Origin: Octopus vulgaris
Taxonomy: Eukaryota
DNA: 64,000 nucleotides
Direction: 5' to 3'
Assembly (NCBI GenBank): GCA_951406725.2
Contig: OX597839.1
Span: 20,212,001 to 20,276,000, forward strand
The translations under genes and the position numbers were made by a program. Positions 1 through 12,954 of this stretch are shown here, piece by piece (the stretch's first letter is position 1; every line of letters begins with the position of its first letter). The notes under the pieces were generated by a model, which did not search any database, had not been told where the DNA came from, and saw only the letters and a list, made by a program, of their open reading frames with translations.

Positions 1-322
1 ACTTATTCTTTTTGTAAGCCCAGTACTTATTCTATCGGTCTCTTTTTGCCGAACCGCTTAAGTAACGGGGACATAAACACACCAGCATCGGTTGTCAAGC
101 GATGCTAGGGGGACAAACACAAACACACACACATACACACATATATATATACATATATACGAAGGGCTTCTTTCAGTTTCCGTCTACCAAATCCACTCAC
201 AAGGCATTGGTCGGCCCGGGGCTTTAGCAGAAGACACTTGCCCAAGATGCCACGCAGTGGGACTGAACCCGGAACCATGTGGTTGGTTAGCAAGCTACTT
301 ACCACACAGCCACTCCTGCGCC
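1..322 (-). mobile_element. tRNA-derived SINE family A, cut by window edge
   Basis: Minus strand begins GGCGCAGGAGTGGCTGTGTGGTAAG (A-box-like) ... GGGTTCAGTCCC (B-box-like); internal (TA)/(TG) tract; many near-identical copies in window. Confidence 0.85.
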
Positions 323-351
323 TGATTTTAAAATTTAAAAAAGTTGCCTTC

Positions 352-457
352 TCGGGTCATGTCGACTCATTAAGGGCCGGTTTCCCTGTTTTCATGGTGT
401 ATATATTACCCACATGGGGCGCCGGTCTATCACAAGATTATTTTTGCCAGCTGAGTG
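352..457 (-). mobile_element. SINE fragment sharing the family-C body motif but with a different 3' part
   Basis: TTTTTGCCAGCTGAGTGG matches family C (56205-56222); adjacent sequence is unrelated to the family-C tail. Confidence 0.4.
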
Positions 458-500
458 GCTGTGTTATTGGACGTTCAGGAAAGGAAAGAAAAGAAAAAGG

Positions 501-535
501 ATTTTAAGTTTCGAGCGGAGCTCTTCATCAGAAAT
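501..535 (-). ncRNA. Minimal type I hammerhead ribozyme motif in PLE-like repeat fragment (~462-600)
   Basis: Minus strand AUUU-CUGAUGA-A-GAGC(UCC)GCUC-GAAA-C-UUA-AAAU; same family as 2651-2685; helix III palindrome mutated. Confidence 0.7.
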
Positions 536-605
536 ATAGAAAAAGTCCAAAGAAGGGAAGACGGAGAAAGAAAATCGCCAACTATGCACAAACGATCACA
601 TATTG

Positions 606-607
<2 letters not shown>

Positions 608-661
<54 letters not shown>

Positions 662-779
662 TATATATATACACACACATATATATATATACACACATAT
701 ATATATACACATATGTATATATATATATATATATATACATATGTATATATACATATATATATATACATATATATATACA

Positions 780-862
<83 letters not shown>

Positions 863-890
863 ACATATATATATATACGTATATATATAC

Positions 891-929
<39 letters not shown>

Positions 930-1172
930 CAATTGTATATATATACATATATATATATACATATATATATACATATATATATACATATATATATACATAT
1001 ATATATACATATATATATATATACATATATATATATAGTATATATATACATATATATATATAAAATATACATATATATATATACATATATATATACATAT
1101 ATATATATACATATATATATACATATATATATACATATATATATATACATATATATATACATATATATATAC

Positions 1173-1241
<69 letters not shown>

Positions 1242-1262
1242 CACACATCTTTATATATATTT

Positions 1263-1293
<31 letters not shown>
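608..1293. repeat. Compound (TA)n/(TATACA)n microsatellite
   Basis: Direct inspection; source of spurious YI-repeat ORFs. Confidence 0.95.
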
Positions 1294-1738
1294 CTTTCAA
1301 TTATCACAGTTAAAAGACCAATAAACTGTCGGACAAAACGGAATTGGAAAGCAGCTTAATTTGCATTGATTGCTTATTATTGATTATCGAATTAAAACAT
1401 AATTGTTTCATGAATATTGGTATCTCCTCTCTCGCTTTTTATTTATTTATTTTATCCATTTATTTATTCCTTTATTTATTCATTTATATCTATAGTTATT
1501 TATTTTCTTACAAATCAGTTATTTGGCGGACCGCAAATTAGGTTTCTTCATTTTAATGAATGTATTTCTTCGTTGACATAGATTTAAATAATCGTATTTA
1601 AATCACTAGACAGATCAATTTACCCTCTCGTTTTTTTCTCTCTACCTTTTGTCTATCCATCCAGCCATACATCCAGCCATCCAGTCATACATTCATATAT
1701 ACATACATACACACACACACACACATATATATATATAT

Positions 1739-2124
1739 TGGTAAGTAGTTTTCCTACCAACCACATGGTTCCGGGTTCAGTCCCACTGCGTGGCACCTTG
1801 GGCAAGTGTCTTCTACTATAGCCTCGGGCCGACCAAAGCCTTGTGAGTGGATTTGGTAGACGGAAACTGAAAGAAGCCTGTTGCGTATATGTATATATAT
1901 ATGTGTGTGTGCGTGTATGTTTGTGTGTCTGTGTCTGTCCCCCTAGCATTGCTTGACAACCGATGCTGGTGTGTTTCTGTCTCCGTCACTTAGCGGTTCG
2001 CCAAAAAGAGACCGATAGAATAAGTACTAGGCTTACAAAGAATAAGTCCTGGGGTCGAGTTGCTCGACTAAAGGCGGTGCTCCAGCATGGCCGCAATCAA
2101 ATGACTGAAACAAGTAAAAGAGTA
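1739..2124 (+). mobile_element. SINE family A, near full length
   Basis: tRNA-like head, internal microsatellite, tail GGCGGTGCTCCAGCATGGCCGCA...ATGACTGAAACAAGTAAAAGAGTA. Confidence 0.85.
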
Positions 2125-2267
2125 ATACACACACACATATATATATAATGGAAAAATTATACGAAATATATGAATAGATGCTGAGTAAAGCACCGGCACA
2201 GGTTTGGTTACCTGTTGTTATCCGTAGACTCACTCCAGAAACTTCGCTGTGCAACATTTTTATTGAT

Positions 2268-2312
2268 GTACCCGAAGAGACCTTGAAGGACGGGTCGAAA
2301 CATGTGTTGCAC
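2268..2312 (+). ncRNA. Degenerate minimal hammerhead motif (CCGAAGA core) in PLE-like fragment ~2150-2355
   Basis: GUAC-CCGAAGA-GACC(..)GGUC-GAAA-C-AUGU-GUU-GCAC; palindromic ACAUGU helix III; followed by AATAAA and (TA)n. Confidence 0.55.
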
Positions 2313-2353
2313 TCAATAAAGTCTAATACACATTCAATCTACTATTTTATTAA

Positions 2354-2412
<59 letters not shown>

Positions 2413-2415
<3 letters not shown>

Positions 2416-2620
2416 TCTTTACTCTTTACTCTTTTACTTGTTTCAGTCATTTGACTGCGGCCATGCTGGAGCACCGCCTTTAGTCGAGCAAATCGACCCC
2501 GGGACTTATTCTTTGTAAGCCCAGTACTTATTCCATCGGTCTCTTTTGCCGAACAGCTAAGTGACGGGAACATAAACACACCAGCATCGGTTGTTAAGCA
2601 ATGCTAGGGGGACAAACACA
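2413..2620 (-). mobile_element. SINE family A, 3' half
   Basis: Reverse complement of the 1930-2124 sequence. Confidence 0.85.
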
Positions 2621-2650
2621 TTCCCTTCTCTGGATCTTTCTTTTTCCCAT

Positions 2651-2685
2651 GTTTCTGACGAAGAGCTCCGCTCGAAACGTTAAAC
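2651..2685 (+). ncRNA. Minimal type I hammerhead ribozyme in PLE-like terminal-repeat fragment (~2621-2790)
   Basis: GUUU-CUGACGA-A-GAGC(UCC)GCUC-GAAA-C-GUU-AAAC; intact core, stems I and II, palindromic ACGU helix III. Confidence 0.8.
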
Positions 2686-2783
2686 CCTCCTTCTTCCTTT
2701 CCTTCCTGAGCGTCTAATAATACTATATTTGTTCCACGTCCTCGCGTTGTTTTTTCTCTCTTTGTGTTTTCATGTTTGGATTA

Positions 2784-2854
<71 letters not shown>

Positions 2855-2937
2855 GTATGTGTATATATATATAACGCCATGATAGATCGTTAGCTCCTAC
2901 ACGCATTTTTTTTCCCTCCTTGTTTTTTTTCTGTGTA

Positions 2938-2975
2938 TCTTTCTGTCGAAGAGCGTAGGCTCGAAACGTAAAAGA
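2938..2975 (+). ncRNA. Hammerhead motif with variant core CUGUCGA in PLE-like fragment (~2873-3028)
   Basis: UCUUU-CUGUCGA-A-GAGC(GUAG)GCUC-GAAA-C-GUA-AAAGA; homologous copies at 6604 and 62465. Confidence 0.7.
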
Positions 2976-3126
2976 CATGTTCTATTTCTATTCTTGAGCG
3001 CCATACTAATACATTTGTTTGTTTGTGGTTGAAAATGCACCTGAATTTTAAAAATTTGTAATTGTTTTTAAATAAATTTATCTATATACATACAAAACTG
3101 GTTTCAACAATTTTTTGCTTATCAAT

Positions 3127-3173
<47 letters not shown>

Positions 3174-3385
3174 ACAAATTAATAAATAAAACATATGCAT
3201 ATATACATCCATATATGTACGTACCTACATCTATATGTATATATACATGCATATATGGGTACAGGACACAAATAAAAAAAAGACGAACACAATGAGAAAC
3301 GAAAACATAAACATAAAACCAAGGAAATGGACATTTTTCTTAAACAACGAAATAAAAAAATTATTACCTACGTACCAATGCTTTC

Positions 3386-3440
<55 letters not shown>

Positions 3441-3617
3441 TGATGATGATGATGATGATGATGACGATGACGATGATCATGATGATGATGATGATGATGA
3501 TGATACTCTTTTCTACTAAAAGCACAAGGTCTGAAATACTAGTCGATTACATGGACGCCAGTGTTTCACTGGTACTTGACTTATCGACCCCGAAAAGATA
3601 ATAATGATAATTATAAT

Positions 3618-4102
3618 ACCACTACAACAACTACTGCAACTACTACTACTACTACTACTACTGTTACTACTATTACTACTACAACTACTACAACTACTAT
3701 TACTACTACTACTACTATTACTACTACTACTATTACTACTACTACTATTACTACTACTACTACTATTACTACTACTACTACTATTACTAGTATTACGACT
3801 ACTACTATTACTAGCATTACTACTACTATTACTAGTATTACTACTACTACTACTATTACTACTATTACTACTACTATTACTACTACTATTACTATTACCA
3901 CTACTATTACTACTACTACAATTAGCACTACTGCTGCTACAGCTACTAGTAGTAGTAGTACTGCTACTGCTATTGCTACTACGATTTTTACTACTACTAC
4001 TTCTACTAGTACTACTAGCACTACTGCTGCTACTACTACTACTTCTACTTGTACCACTGCTGCTACTGCTATTGTCTACTACGATCTCTACCACTACCAC
4101 TA
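3618..4102. repeat. (ACT/ATT)n compound trinucleotide microsatellite
   Basis: Direct inspection; gives poly-T/L/S/V ORFs in several frames. Confidence 0.95.
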
Positions 4103-4566
4103 CAGCCGAAACATCATCCTTCACTGTGTAGCTATCCATCTCTACCGTTTTTTTTTTTTTAAGCACAGCAAACAACTGTTCATAAATTTATCCTCGCCCT
4201 GGGAATTGTCACAGAGTGACCACCACGTACGGAGATAATTATAAAACGAATTTATGGAACGACCATCGAAATAATAACACACATACATAGAAGACGCATA
4301 GATATTTAGATAGAGGCTAATATGATACACCATAATGCGATAAACTGTACAATAATATAATATAGCATAATATAATAATATATAATATGATATAGTACAT
4401 AATATGGCGGCCAGGGTGAGCCATAAAATGATTGTGATTGCCACTAAAGACGAGGGGAATTGATATATAACATGGCGTGTCCGGCTTGATAGCCATGTTT
4501 GGATGGCTTCCGATGATGGTTGATTGGTTGTTTCATTCGGTCATGATATGTATATGGATGAGTGGC

Positions 4567-4597
<31 letters not shown>

Positions 4598-5640
4598 TTG
4601 TGTGTAGATGTGCATCGGAATATATATATGTATATGTATATATGTATACATAGTATACGTATTGGTATGTATATATGTGTTTAAACAAATACATGCGTGT
4701 TTGTGAATTTGTATATATATGAGTGTGCGCGTTTATGTATATGTTTGTGTATGTGTGTGTGTGTGCGTGTATACCTCTACATATCTATGTGTATGTGTGT
4801 GTCTGTCTGTCTGTATATACATTTCACGTACATATAGGTACACATATAATTCGATTGGTGCGCATACAAAAATATACATACACACACACACATATGTATA
4901 CATATGTATGTATATGTATATATATGCATATATGTATATACATATGTGCATGTATGTATATATATATACATAATAGATATACATATATATATATATATAT
5001 ATACAATAGATATGTATATTGTATAATATATACACACACACACACACACATACACACACACACATATATATATATATATGCACAGACACACACTTACACA
5101 CATACACTTACATAACTGCGTGTAACTCTCCTCTGAAGTTCTCTGCAATTTCGTTATGGGGACAAGTTTATTAAAGCTCAGAACGGTAAAGAGAGAGAGC
5201 GCAAAGTGTAATTATGTAAAACGTGATGGAATTACGCCGTGTTTTATGCGCCTGTGTTCTTTGGTGAAGAATTCTGTGGTGCTGTGATGTCAAAGTGTCA
5301 AAGTGATTGAAGAGGTCGATGAAGAGAGGGCGGAGGTAAAATGGTAACAATTACCAAATATTCGGATTGAGTTTATATATCGCCTTTTTTGTTTCCATTC
5401 CCAGTTTCCCAAAGATTTAGGTTCCTGGAACGAGCCTGCGAAACTTAAAGTGCCATGGTGCCGAATGACACTGTTTTAAAATCAATAATGATAATAATTA
5501 TTATTATCATTATTAGTTCAATTTTTTTGTCACAAGGGCCGTGAGGATGAGTCGATTACATCGACTCCTCCCCACTATGGTACAAATAGGGGTGATAACG
5601 ATTCTGCCAGCACACCGCCTTAATAATAATAATAATAATA

Positions 5641-5883
5641 CGCCATATCCTCATATCCTACGCAAAATACTTTCTATGTAATCTCAAGGTTTAAAACAAA
5701 CATAATTTTCGGTTAAAAAAAAACAACTTTTTTTAGACATTCATTAGTACAACACCCCCACCCCCCAAATATATGGCACACTAGGCATAACAACAACATG
5801 AACTTCCAACCCTGTTGTCTCTTGAGTTCTCTGGGTGAGACTTGGAGCCAACTTGTACAAATATAAAGCAAAAGTCAATCATA

Positions 5884-5885
<2 letters not shown>
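5641..5885 (+). mobile_element. 3' end of R4/Dong-like LINE inserted in (TAA)n
   Basis: CAT ATC CTA CGC AAA ATA CTT TCT ATG TAA = HILRKILSM*, resembling the R4/Dong ORF C-terminus; 3' UTR; (TAA)n on both sides, the known Dong target. Confidence 0.7.
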
Positions 5886-5946
<61 letters not shown>

Positions 5947-6603
5947 TAATATACACATAAATGTATATCTTTAAGCAAGTATAAGTGTATAAATGCGACG
6001 GTCTTCCACACAGTTTCCGTCAACTAAATTCACTCAGAAAAGCATTGGGCTACAAGAAAAAACACGTGTCCCGGGTAGAATCGCACAAGTGGGAGCTAAC
6101 TCGAAACAAGCTGGTTGCAAAGCGAGCTTCTTAACCACACAGCTATGTTCGATACATGAAACAATGAAAGCGGGTGGGCATAAATCATGACGGTGTGGTA
6201 AGTGACTTGCTTCCTAACTGCATGGTTCCGGGTTCAGTCCATCAGCATCAGCAGCGTCAGCAGCAGCAGTATCATCATCATCATCATCAACACACCCTCC
6301 ACTAGCATTTTACACACCTCATACCTAAGAAATATAACAAGACTTTTTTTTTTTTCAGCTTATTGTACTTCGATATGGAAAAAGTCCTCAACCTTCTGCC
6401 TCAATAAACCACTATTGTCCCTGAAAGTTGTTATTTTATATGTACTACGGTTTGCTTGAAGCTAACTTTCTTCCTACATCTCGATCCTTGCATATATATA
6501 TATATATATAGGGGGAGAATTCACAAAAATTCACAAAAGACGAAGACAGATGGTGTAGAAAACAAACAGATGTATTAGTATAACGCTCGGAAATTGAAAA
6601 AGT

Positions 6604-6639
6604 CTTTTATGCTTCGAGCCAACGCTTTTCCACAGAAAG
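6604..6639 (-). ncRNA. Degenerate copy of CUGUNGA hammerhead motif in PLE-like fragment 6510-6700
   Basis: Minus strand CUUU-CUGUGGA-A-AAGC(GUUG)GCUC-GAAG-C-AUA-AAAG; flanks align with 2873-3028. Confidence 0.55.
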
Positions 6640-6706
6640 GGACACAGAAAGAAAACAAGGCGAGAAAATAATGTGTGGTGGCTACCGATCTATGATGGCG
6701 ATATAT

Positions 6707-6748
<42 letters not shown>

Positions 6749-6751
<3 letters not shown>

Positions 6752-6821
6752 TTATATTAAGGGCATTATTATGCACAAATGTCTTAGGCACTTATGTATA
6801 GTAATGTCCTTAATATAAGTA
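6749..6821 (+). repeat. 73-nt imperfect hairpin between (TA)n tracts
   Basis: TACTTATATTAAGGGCATTATTATGCA pairs with TGTATAGTAATGTCCTTAATATAAGTA; the three mismatches are G-U on the + strand. Confidence 0.75.
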
Positions 6822-6923
6822 AATATATTTAAGAGGAATAAATTGATGGATTTTTTCCCTTATGAGGTTTTTCACGCTTAACTACTTCATAAATTCTTAT
6901 AAAGATTTTATCCTATTTTTCAA

Positions 6924-6975
<52 letters not shown>

Positions 6976-7052
6976 TTTCGGTGCAAATGGTTTTGTTATA
7001 CGACACTGGGTTTTACAATCCTGTAAATAATAATAATGGTATGTATATAAGC

Positions 7053-7291
7053 CTAAAGCTTATAGCGATCACCGTGCAATGACTAAGAAAAATAGTGTAA
7101 TAATGGGGCATATAAGCCCTCGACAGAAAAAAAGTAGGCTTTGGTATCACACTTAGTCACGCTAACAAAGGGATGTGAGTTCGTGTCCCACGTGGGTAGG
7201 AAAGCCTACCTTTTTTTCTGCCGAGGGCTTATATGACCAAGTACTAGACTATTTTTCTTAGACATTGCACTGTTATTGCTATAAGCTTTAG
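7053..7291. mobile_element. Fold-back/MITE-like element with ~90-bp imperfect inverted arms
   Basis: CTAAAGCTTATAGC...AAAGTAGGCTTT vs AAAGCCTAC...GCTATAAGCTTTAG; partial second copy at 14395-14524. Confidence 0.7.
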
Positions 7292-7317
7292 AGAGAGAGC
7301 AGTGGATAAATAAATGC

Positions 7318-7555
7318 ATACATACATACATACATACATATGCACATACATACATACATACATGCATACTTACATACATACATACATACATACATACACA
7401 TGCACATACATACATACATACATACATGCATACATACATACATACATATATACACACACACATACATACATACATACATACATACATACATACATACATA
7501 CATACATACATACATACATACATACATACATACATACATACATACATACATACAT
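7318..7555. repeat. (CATA)n microsatellite
   Basis: Direct inspection. Confidence 0.95.
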
Positions 7556-7769
7556 TGACGTTTTGCCTTTTGTTTTTGTATTTTCGTTTGTTTTTCTTCG
7601 CCCTCGGTTCGAACCTTCGACCTGCTGGTCCTGGTCAGACTGTCTTCAAAGCCACACTCACACTTCATGTAAAGGTTTTCTAAACATGTGCTCCACTAAG
7701 ACGTATTGAGTAATATTTTCAGCTTAATATTAATATGTTGTTGTATATAACTTGACATGGAAACGACAT

Positions 7770-8345
<576 letters not shown>

Positions 8346-8721
8346 TCAAGCATACATTTATGAAATGTACCTCGACACATATACACCGACACACACACAC
8401 ACATATACACGTGTGTATATATATATATATATATACACACACACAGACAAAATCATTTATAAAGACATATGCCTACGTGCGTATGTGTGTGCGCATATGG
8501 TGTGTGTGTGTGTCTCTGTATGTGTGTGTGTGTGTATGTCTCTGTATGTGCATGTGTGTGTGTATGTGTGTGTGTGTGTGTGTGATCCTGCTTGTGTTAG
8601 TGTTTAGTTTCGGTTGGACGTCTAAACACAGACAGCTAGACAGACAGACAGACAGACAGGCAGGCAGAGAGTCATCTTTGTCTATCTGTTTAGAAATGAT
8701 AAATATCTCGCGTCATCGTCA

Positions 8722-8752
<31 letters not shown>

Positions 8753-9130
8753 CAACACACCCACCCCCTAGCATTTTACACACCTCATACCTAAGAACAG
8801 CCACCTCATCTCATCTCATCTCTCTCCTCCTCTCTCCTCCCACCCACACTCTGCGCATATACCCACCCGCTTCACACAGAAACTACAAAGTACCCGTTGA
8901 AAGGCAACTCATAAATCAAAGATCTTTAACGCCACCCCGCCTCAAAAGATACGACAAAGATGCTTCTGCGCGTGCGGGTGTTGGTGTATGTGCGTGTGTG
9001 TGTGTGTGTGTGTCTATGTTTGTGTATCTGTGTGTGTGTGTGTGTGTGTGGTTGTGCACTGCAAGACTGTACAGAGATTTGGTTAATGGCGTATATTGCC
9101 GTGTGATGGATGCATGAATATATATATATG

Positions 9131-9194
<64 letters not shown>

Positions 9195-9229
9195 AGTGTG
9201 TATGTATGGATATATATATATATATATAT

Positions 9230-9521
<292 letters not shown>

Positions 9522-9628
9522 ATGTATATGCATATATGGATACATTTTTATGTCCGTATGTATGTGTATATATATATATATGTGCGTGTGTATGTACATA
9601 TGTATATATATATATATGTGTGTGTATG

Positions 9629-9667
<39 letters not shown>

Positions 9668-10053
9668 GTATGTATATGCATATATGGTTGCATTTTTATG
9701 TCCGTATGTATGTGTGTATATGTGTGTGTGCGCGCGTATGCACGTACAATTATGCGTGTATATATATATATACATACATACATACATACACTGAGTCACA
9801 CACTCACATTTTCATTACTTGTGGGTATTTGTGTACATATGTAAGTGTATTGCGTAGTAAGAGAAAAACTGAATTACTTTCGTACAGTTTCAAATATACC
9901 TGAAGCATATTTGAACCGGTAATAAAGTTGCATTTATTCACATCATTACTTAGCGCTTGAATTCCGCATTCTATTTACGGGGTGGGGGCACTGACTAGCG
10001 CATACACACACACAGTACCACGACAGTACGCAGAGTCTGCCTTTTCGGTTTCT

Positions 10054-10093
10054 GATACTGAAGAGGAGATAACCACTCCGAAACGTATGTATC
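10054..10093 (+). ncRNA. Hammerhead-like motif with imperfect stem I, in probable PLE fragment ~10015-10220
   Basis: GAUA-CUGAAGA-GGAG(AUAACCA)CUCC-GAAA-C-GUA-UGUAUC; perfect core and stem II. Confidence 0.55.
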
Positions 10094-10736
10094 CACCAGT
10101 CTGCTTAAGAAGCGACGAGAACTGGGTTGCTGAGTTCACACCTTTCTGTCGACAGTGAGAAATTTTCTCCATAACAAAATACAGTGAATAGCTTCCTTAC
10201 GAGTTCGAATACGCCTCAAGTATATTTAAACTGCTATATTTGAATTAGTTATTGCGTGGCGGTGTGACACAGAGTCTTATTAATTTGAATATTCATACGA
10301 ATGCGGACGCACTATGAACTGAGTTTTATATTTATATACAACATGTGTCATTTGACTAGTGTGTATATATCATATATGAACATGATGAATGTAACATGAG
10401 TGCGAGCGGGTGTGCCTGGGTGTGTCTCTTTGCACAAGCATTTCTAAGAGTCTTGGATGTGTGTATTACTGTGTGCTCGTATATATGTGAGTGTACCTAC
10501 GTTTACCCGATTATGTGTGATGTAACTTGAAAGAGGTGGAGGAGGTAAAATGCGGGAGAAATCTTTTACATAGTTTATAAATTGGGACTAAAATCTAAAA
10601 TTCTAAATTTGAATTGAATTACCAGATATCGTAGGAGTTAACGATCGGGGCTACATCTGTCTAACGTATCAGACATTACATATATGATTCCATACCCGGA
10701 TCCAGAACGCGTTAATGGTGTGAACGCATACGCACA

Positions 10737-10798
<62 letters not shown>

Positions 10799-10805
10799 GG
10801 AGTAA

Positions 10806-10836
<31 letters not shown>

Positions 10837-10856
10837 CCGGAGTTTTCTAGCAAAAA

Positions 10857-10894
10857 CTGTCTGATGAACGGCAACGAGAAACTCAGAGTAACAG
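10857..10894 (+). ncRNA. Type I hammerhead motif in short PLE-like fragment 10837-10928
   Basis: CUGU-CUGAUGA-ACG(GCAA)CGA-GAAA-CUC-A-GA-GUA-ACAG; stem I perfect, quasi-palindromic helix III; then AATAAA and (TA)n. Confidence 0.65.
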
Positions 10895-10927
10895 ATTTTG
10901 TTTGAATTTTCTGCTGCTTAAAATAAA

Positions 10928-10967
<40 letters not shown>

Positions 10968-10970
<3 letters not shown>

Positions 10971-11129
10971 GGAGTGGCTGTGTGGTAAGTAGTTTGTTTA
11001 CCAACCACATGATTCTGGGTTCAGTCCCACTGCGTGGCACCTTGGGTGAGTGTCTTCTACTATAGCCTCGGGCCGACCAAAGCCTTGTGAGTGGATTTGG
11101 TAGACGGAAACTGAAAGAAGCCCGTCGTA

Positions 11130-11171
<42 letters not shown>

Positions 11172-11358
11172 CGTGTTTGTCCCCCCAACATCGCATGACA
11201 ACCGATGCTGGTGTGTTTATGTCCCCGTTACTTAGCGGTTCAGCAAAAGAGACCGATAGAATAAGTACTGGACTTACAAAGGAATAAGTCCCTGGGTCGA
11301 GTTGCTCGATTAAAGGCGGTGCTCCAGCATGGCCGCAGTCGAATGACTGTAAAGAGTA
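10968..11358 (+). mobile_element. SINE family A, full length
   Basis: Head GCAGGAGTGGCTGTGTGGTAAG through tail, flanked by (TA)n. Confidence 0.9.
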
Positions 11359-11374
11359 TATATATATATATATA

Positions 11375-11823
11375 TTTGTTCTTTTATTTGTTTCAGTCAT
11401 TTGACTGCGGCCATGCAAGGGCACTGCCTTTAGTCGGTTGAGCAAATCGACACCAGGACTTATTCTTTGTAAGCCTAGCACTTATTCTATCGGGCTGTTT
11501 TGCCGAACCGCTAAGTGACGAGGACGTAAACACACCAGCATCGGTTGTCAAGCGATGTTGGGGGACAAACACAAGTACACAAACATATACATACATGCAT
11601 ATATATATATATATATATATATATACTCTTTTACTTGTTTCAGTCATTTTGACTGCGGCCATGCTGGAGCACCGCCTTTAATCGAGCAACTCGACCCCGG
11701 GACTTATTCTTTTGTAAGCCCAGTACTTATTCTATCGGTCTCTTTTGCCGAACCGCTAAGAAACGGGGACATAAACACATCAGCATCGGTTGTCAAGCAA
11801 TGCTAGGGGGACAAACACAAACA

Positions 11824-11871
<48 letters not shown>

Positions 11872-11923
11872 TACGACGGGCTTCTTTTCAGTTTCCGTCT
11901 ACCAAATTCACTCACAAGGCTTT
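11375..11923 (-). mobile_element. Two 5'-truncated SINE-A copies (11375-11585, 11624-11923)
   Basis: Both are reverse complements of the adjacent 10968-11358 copy. Confidence 0.85.
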
Positions 11924-12164
11924 TTCCAGTTATGTAGCAAAAATGTAGTTCACGATGTCTTGCAGCTACTGTTTATACCTCGCTCAGGTATTCATTATTG
12001 CTTTTTGGATATCAGTGACTTCAATTGGTTTCATGTTAAGAAAAGTAGGAAAATATCCTAGTGTCTTTACAAATTTTCAAGCCAATCACATGAAGAAGGG
12101 TGTTCACCTCCAGTCTGGAAAACACAGTCTTGCATGTATCTATATAGAATTTTTATAGCACGCC

Positions 12165-12405
12165 AGGCAGATGTTTATTGCTCGTTGCGCCACTCCAGTC
12201 AATTGGCGAAGCTGAGCTGTACCTGTATTTCAAAGGGCTAGCCTTGCCACACTCTGTGTCACACTGAATTGCCCCGAGAACTAGGTTAAGGGTTACACGT
12301 GTTTCTGGAGTGCTCAGCCGCTTGCACGTTAATTTCACGAGCAGGCTTGATCCGTTGATCGGTCGGATCAACTGGAACACTCGCCGTCGTGGCCGATAGA
12401 GGGCC
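12165..12405 (+). mobile_element. Degenerate SINE family C body and tail
   Basis: TTCAAAGGGCTAGCCTTG...GCACGTTAATTTCACGAGCAGG matches 52373-52698. Confidence 0.75.
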
Positions 12406-12567
12406 AAGCTCTGGAGTTTAAACATGGACTCAGAACACGGTGCAGCCTCTTTCCTCTCATCGTATTTTGATTCTACACCCAACACTTGGAAGATAAATTT
12501 TTTTTTCAACCATCAGGGCGGTATATAACGGGTGAAGAATAAATGCAACGCCGACCACCCAGCCTCA

Positions 12568-12636
<69 letters not shown>

Positions 12637-12954
12637 TGTAGTTATTTCTCTATTATCTGTTGAGGAGCCACTAGAACTAATTGGAAGGGTGTTAGCAACA
12701 GTGTTGCACACAGATGTATATTTTGAACAAATCTCAGTTCTTATTAGCGCTACCATTATTATTATTGTTGTTGTTGTTGTTTTTGTTACTCGTGTTGACT
12801 TCAGTTTAAGTTTTTTTTTATCTTTTGTTTTTTAGTATTTTTCTACGCGTGTTTTTTATCTTGTTGTTGTTGTTGTTGTTGTTTTAACTGTTAATGGTGT
12901 TTATGTTGTTGTCATCGATACTGTTGTGGTCGATTTGATTGTTGTTGTTTCTTG

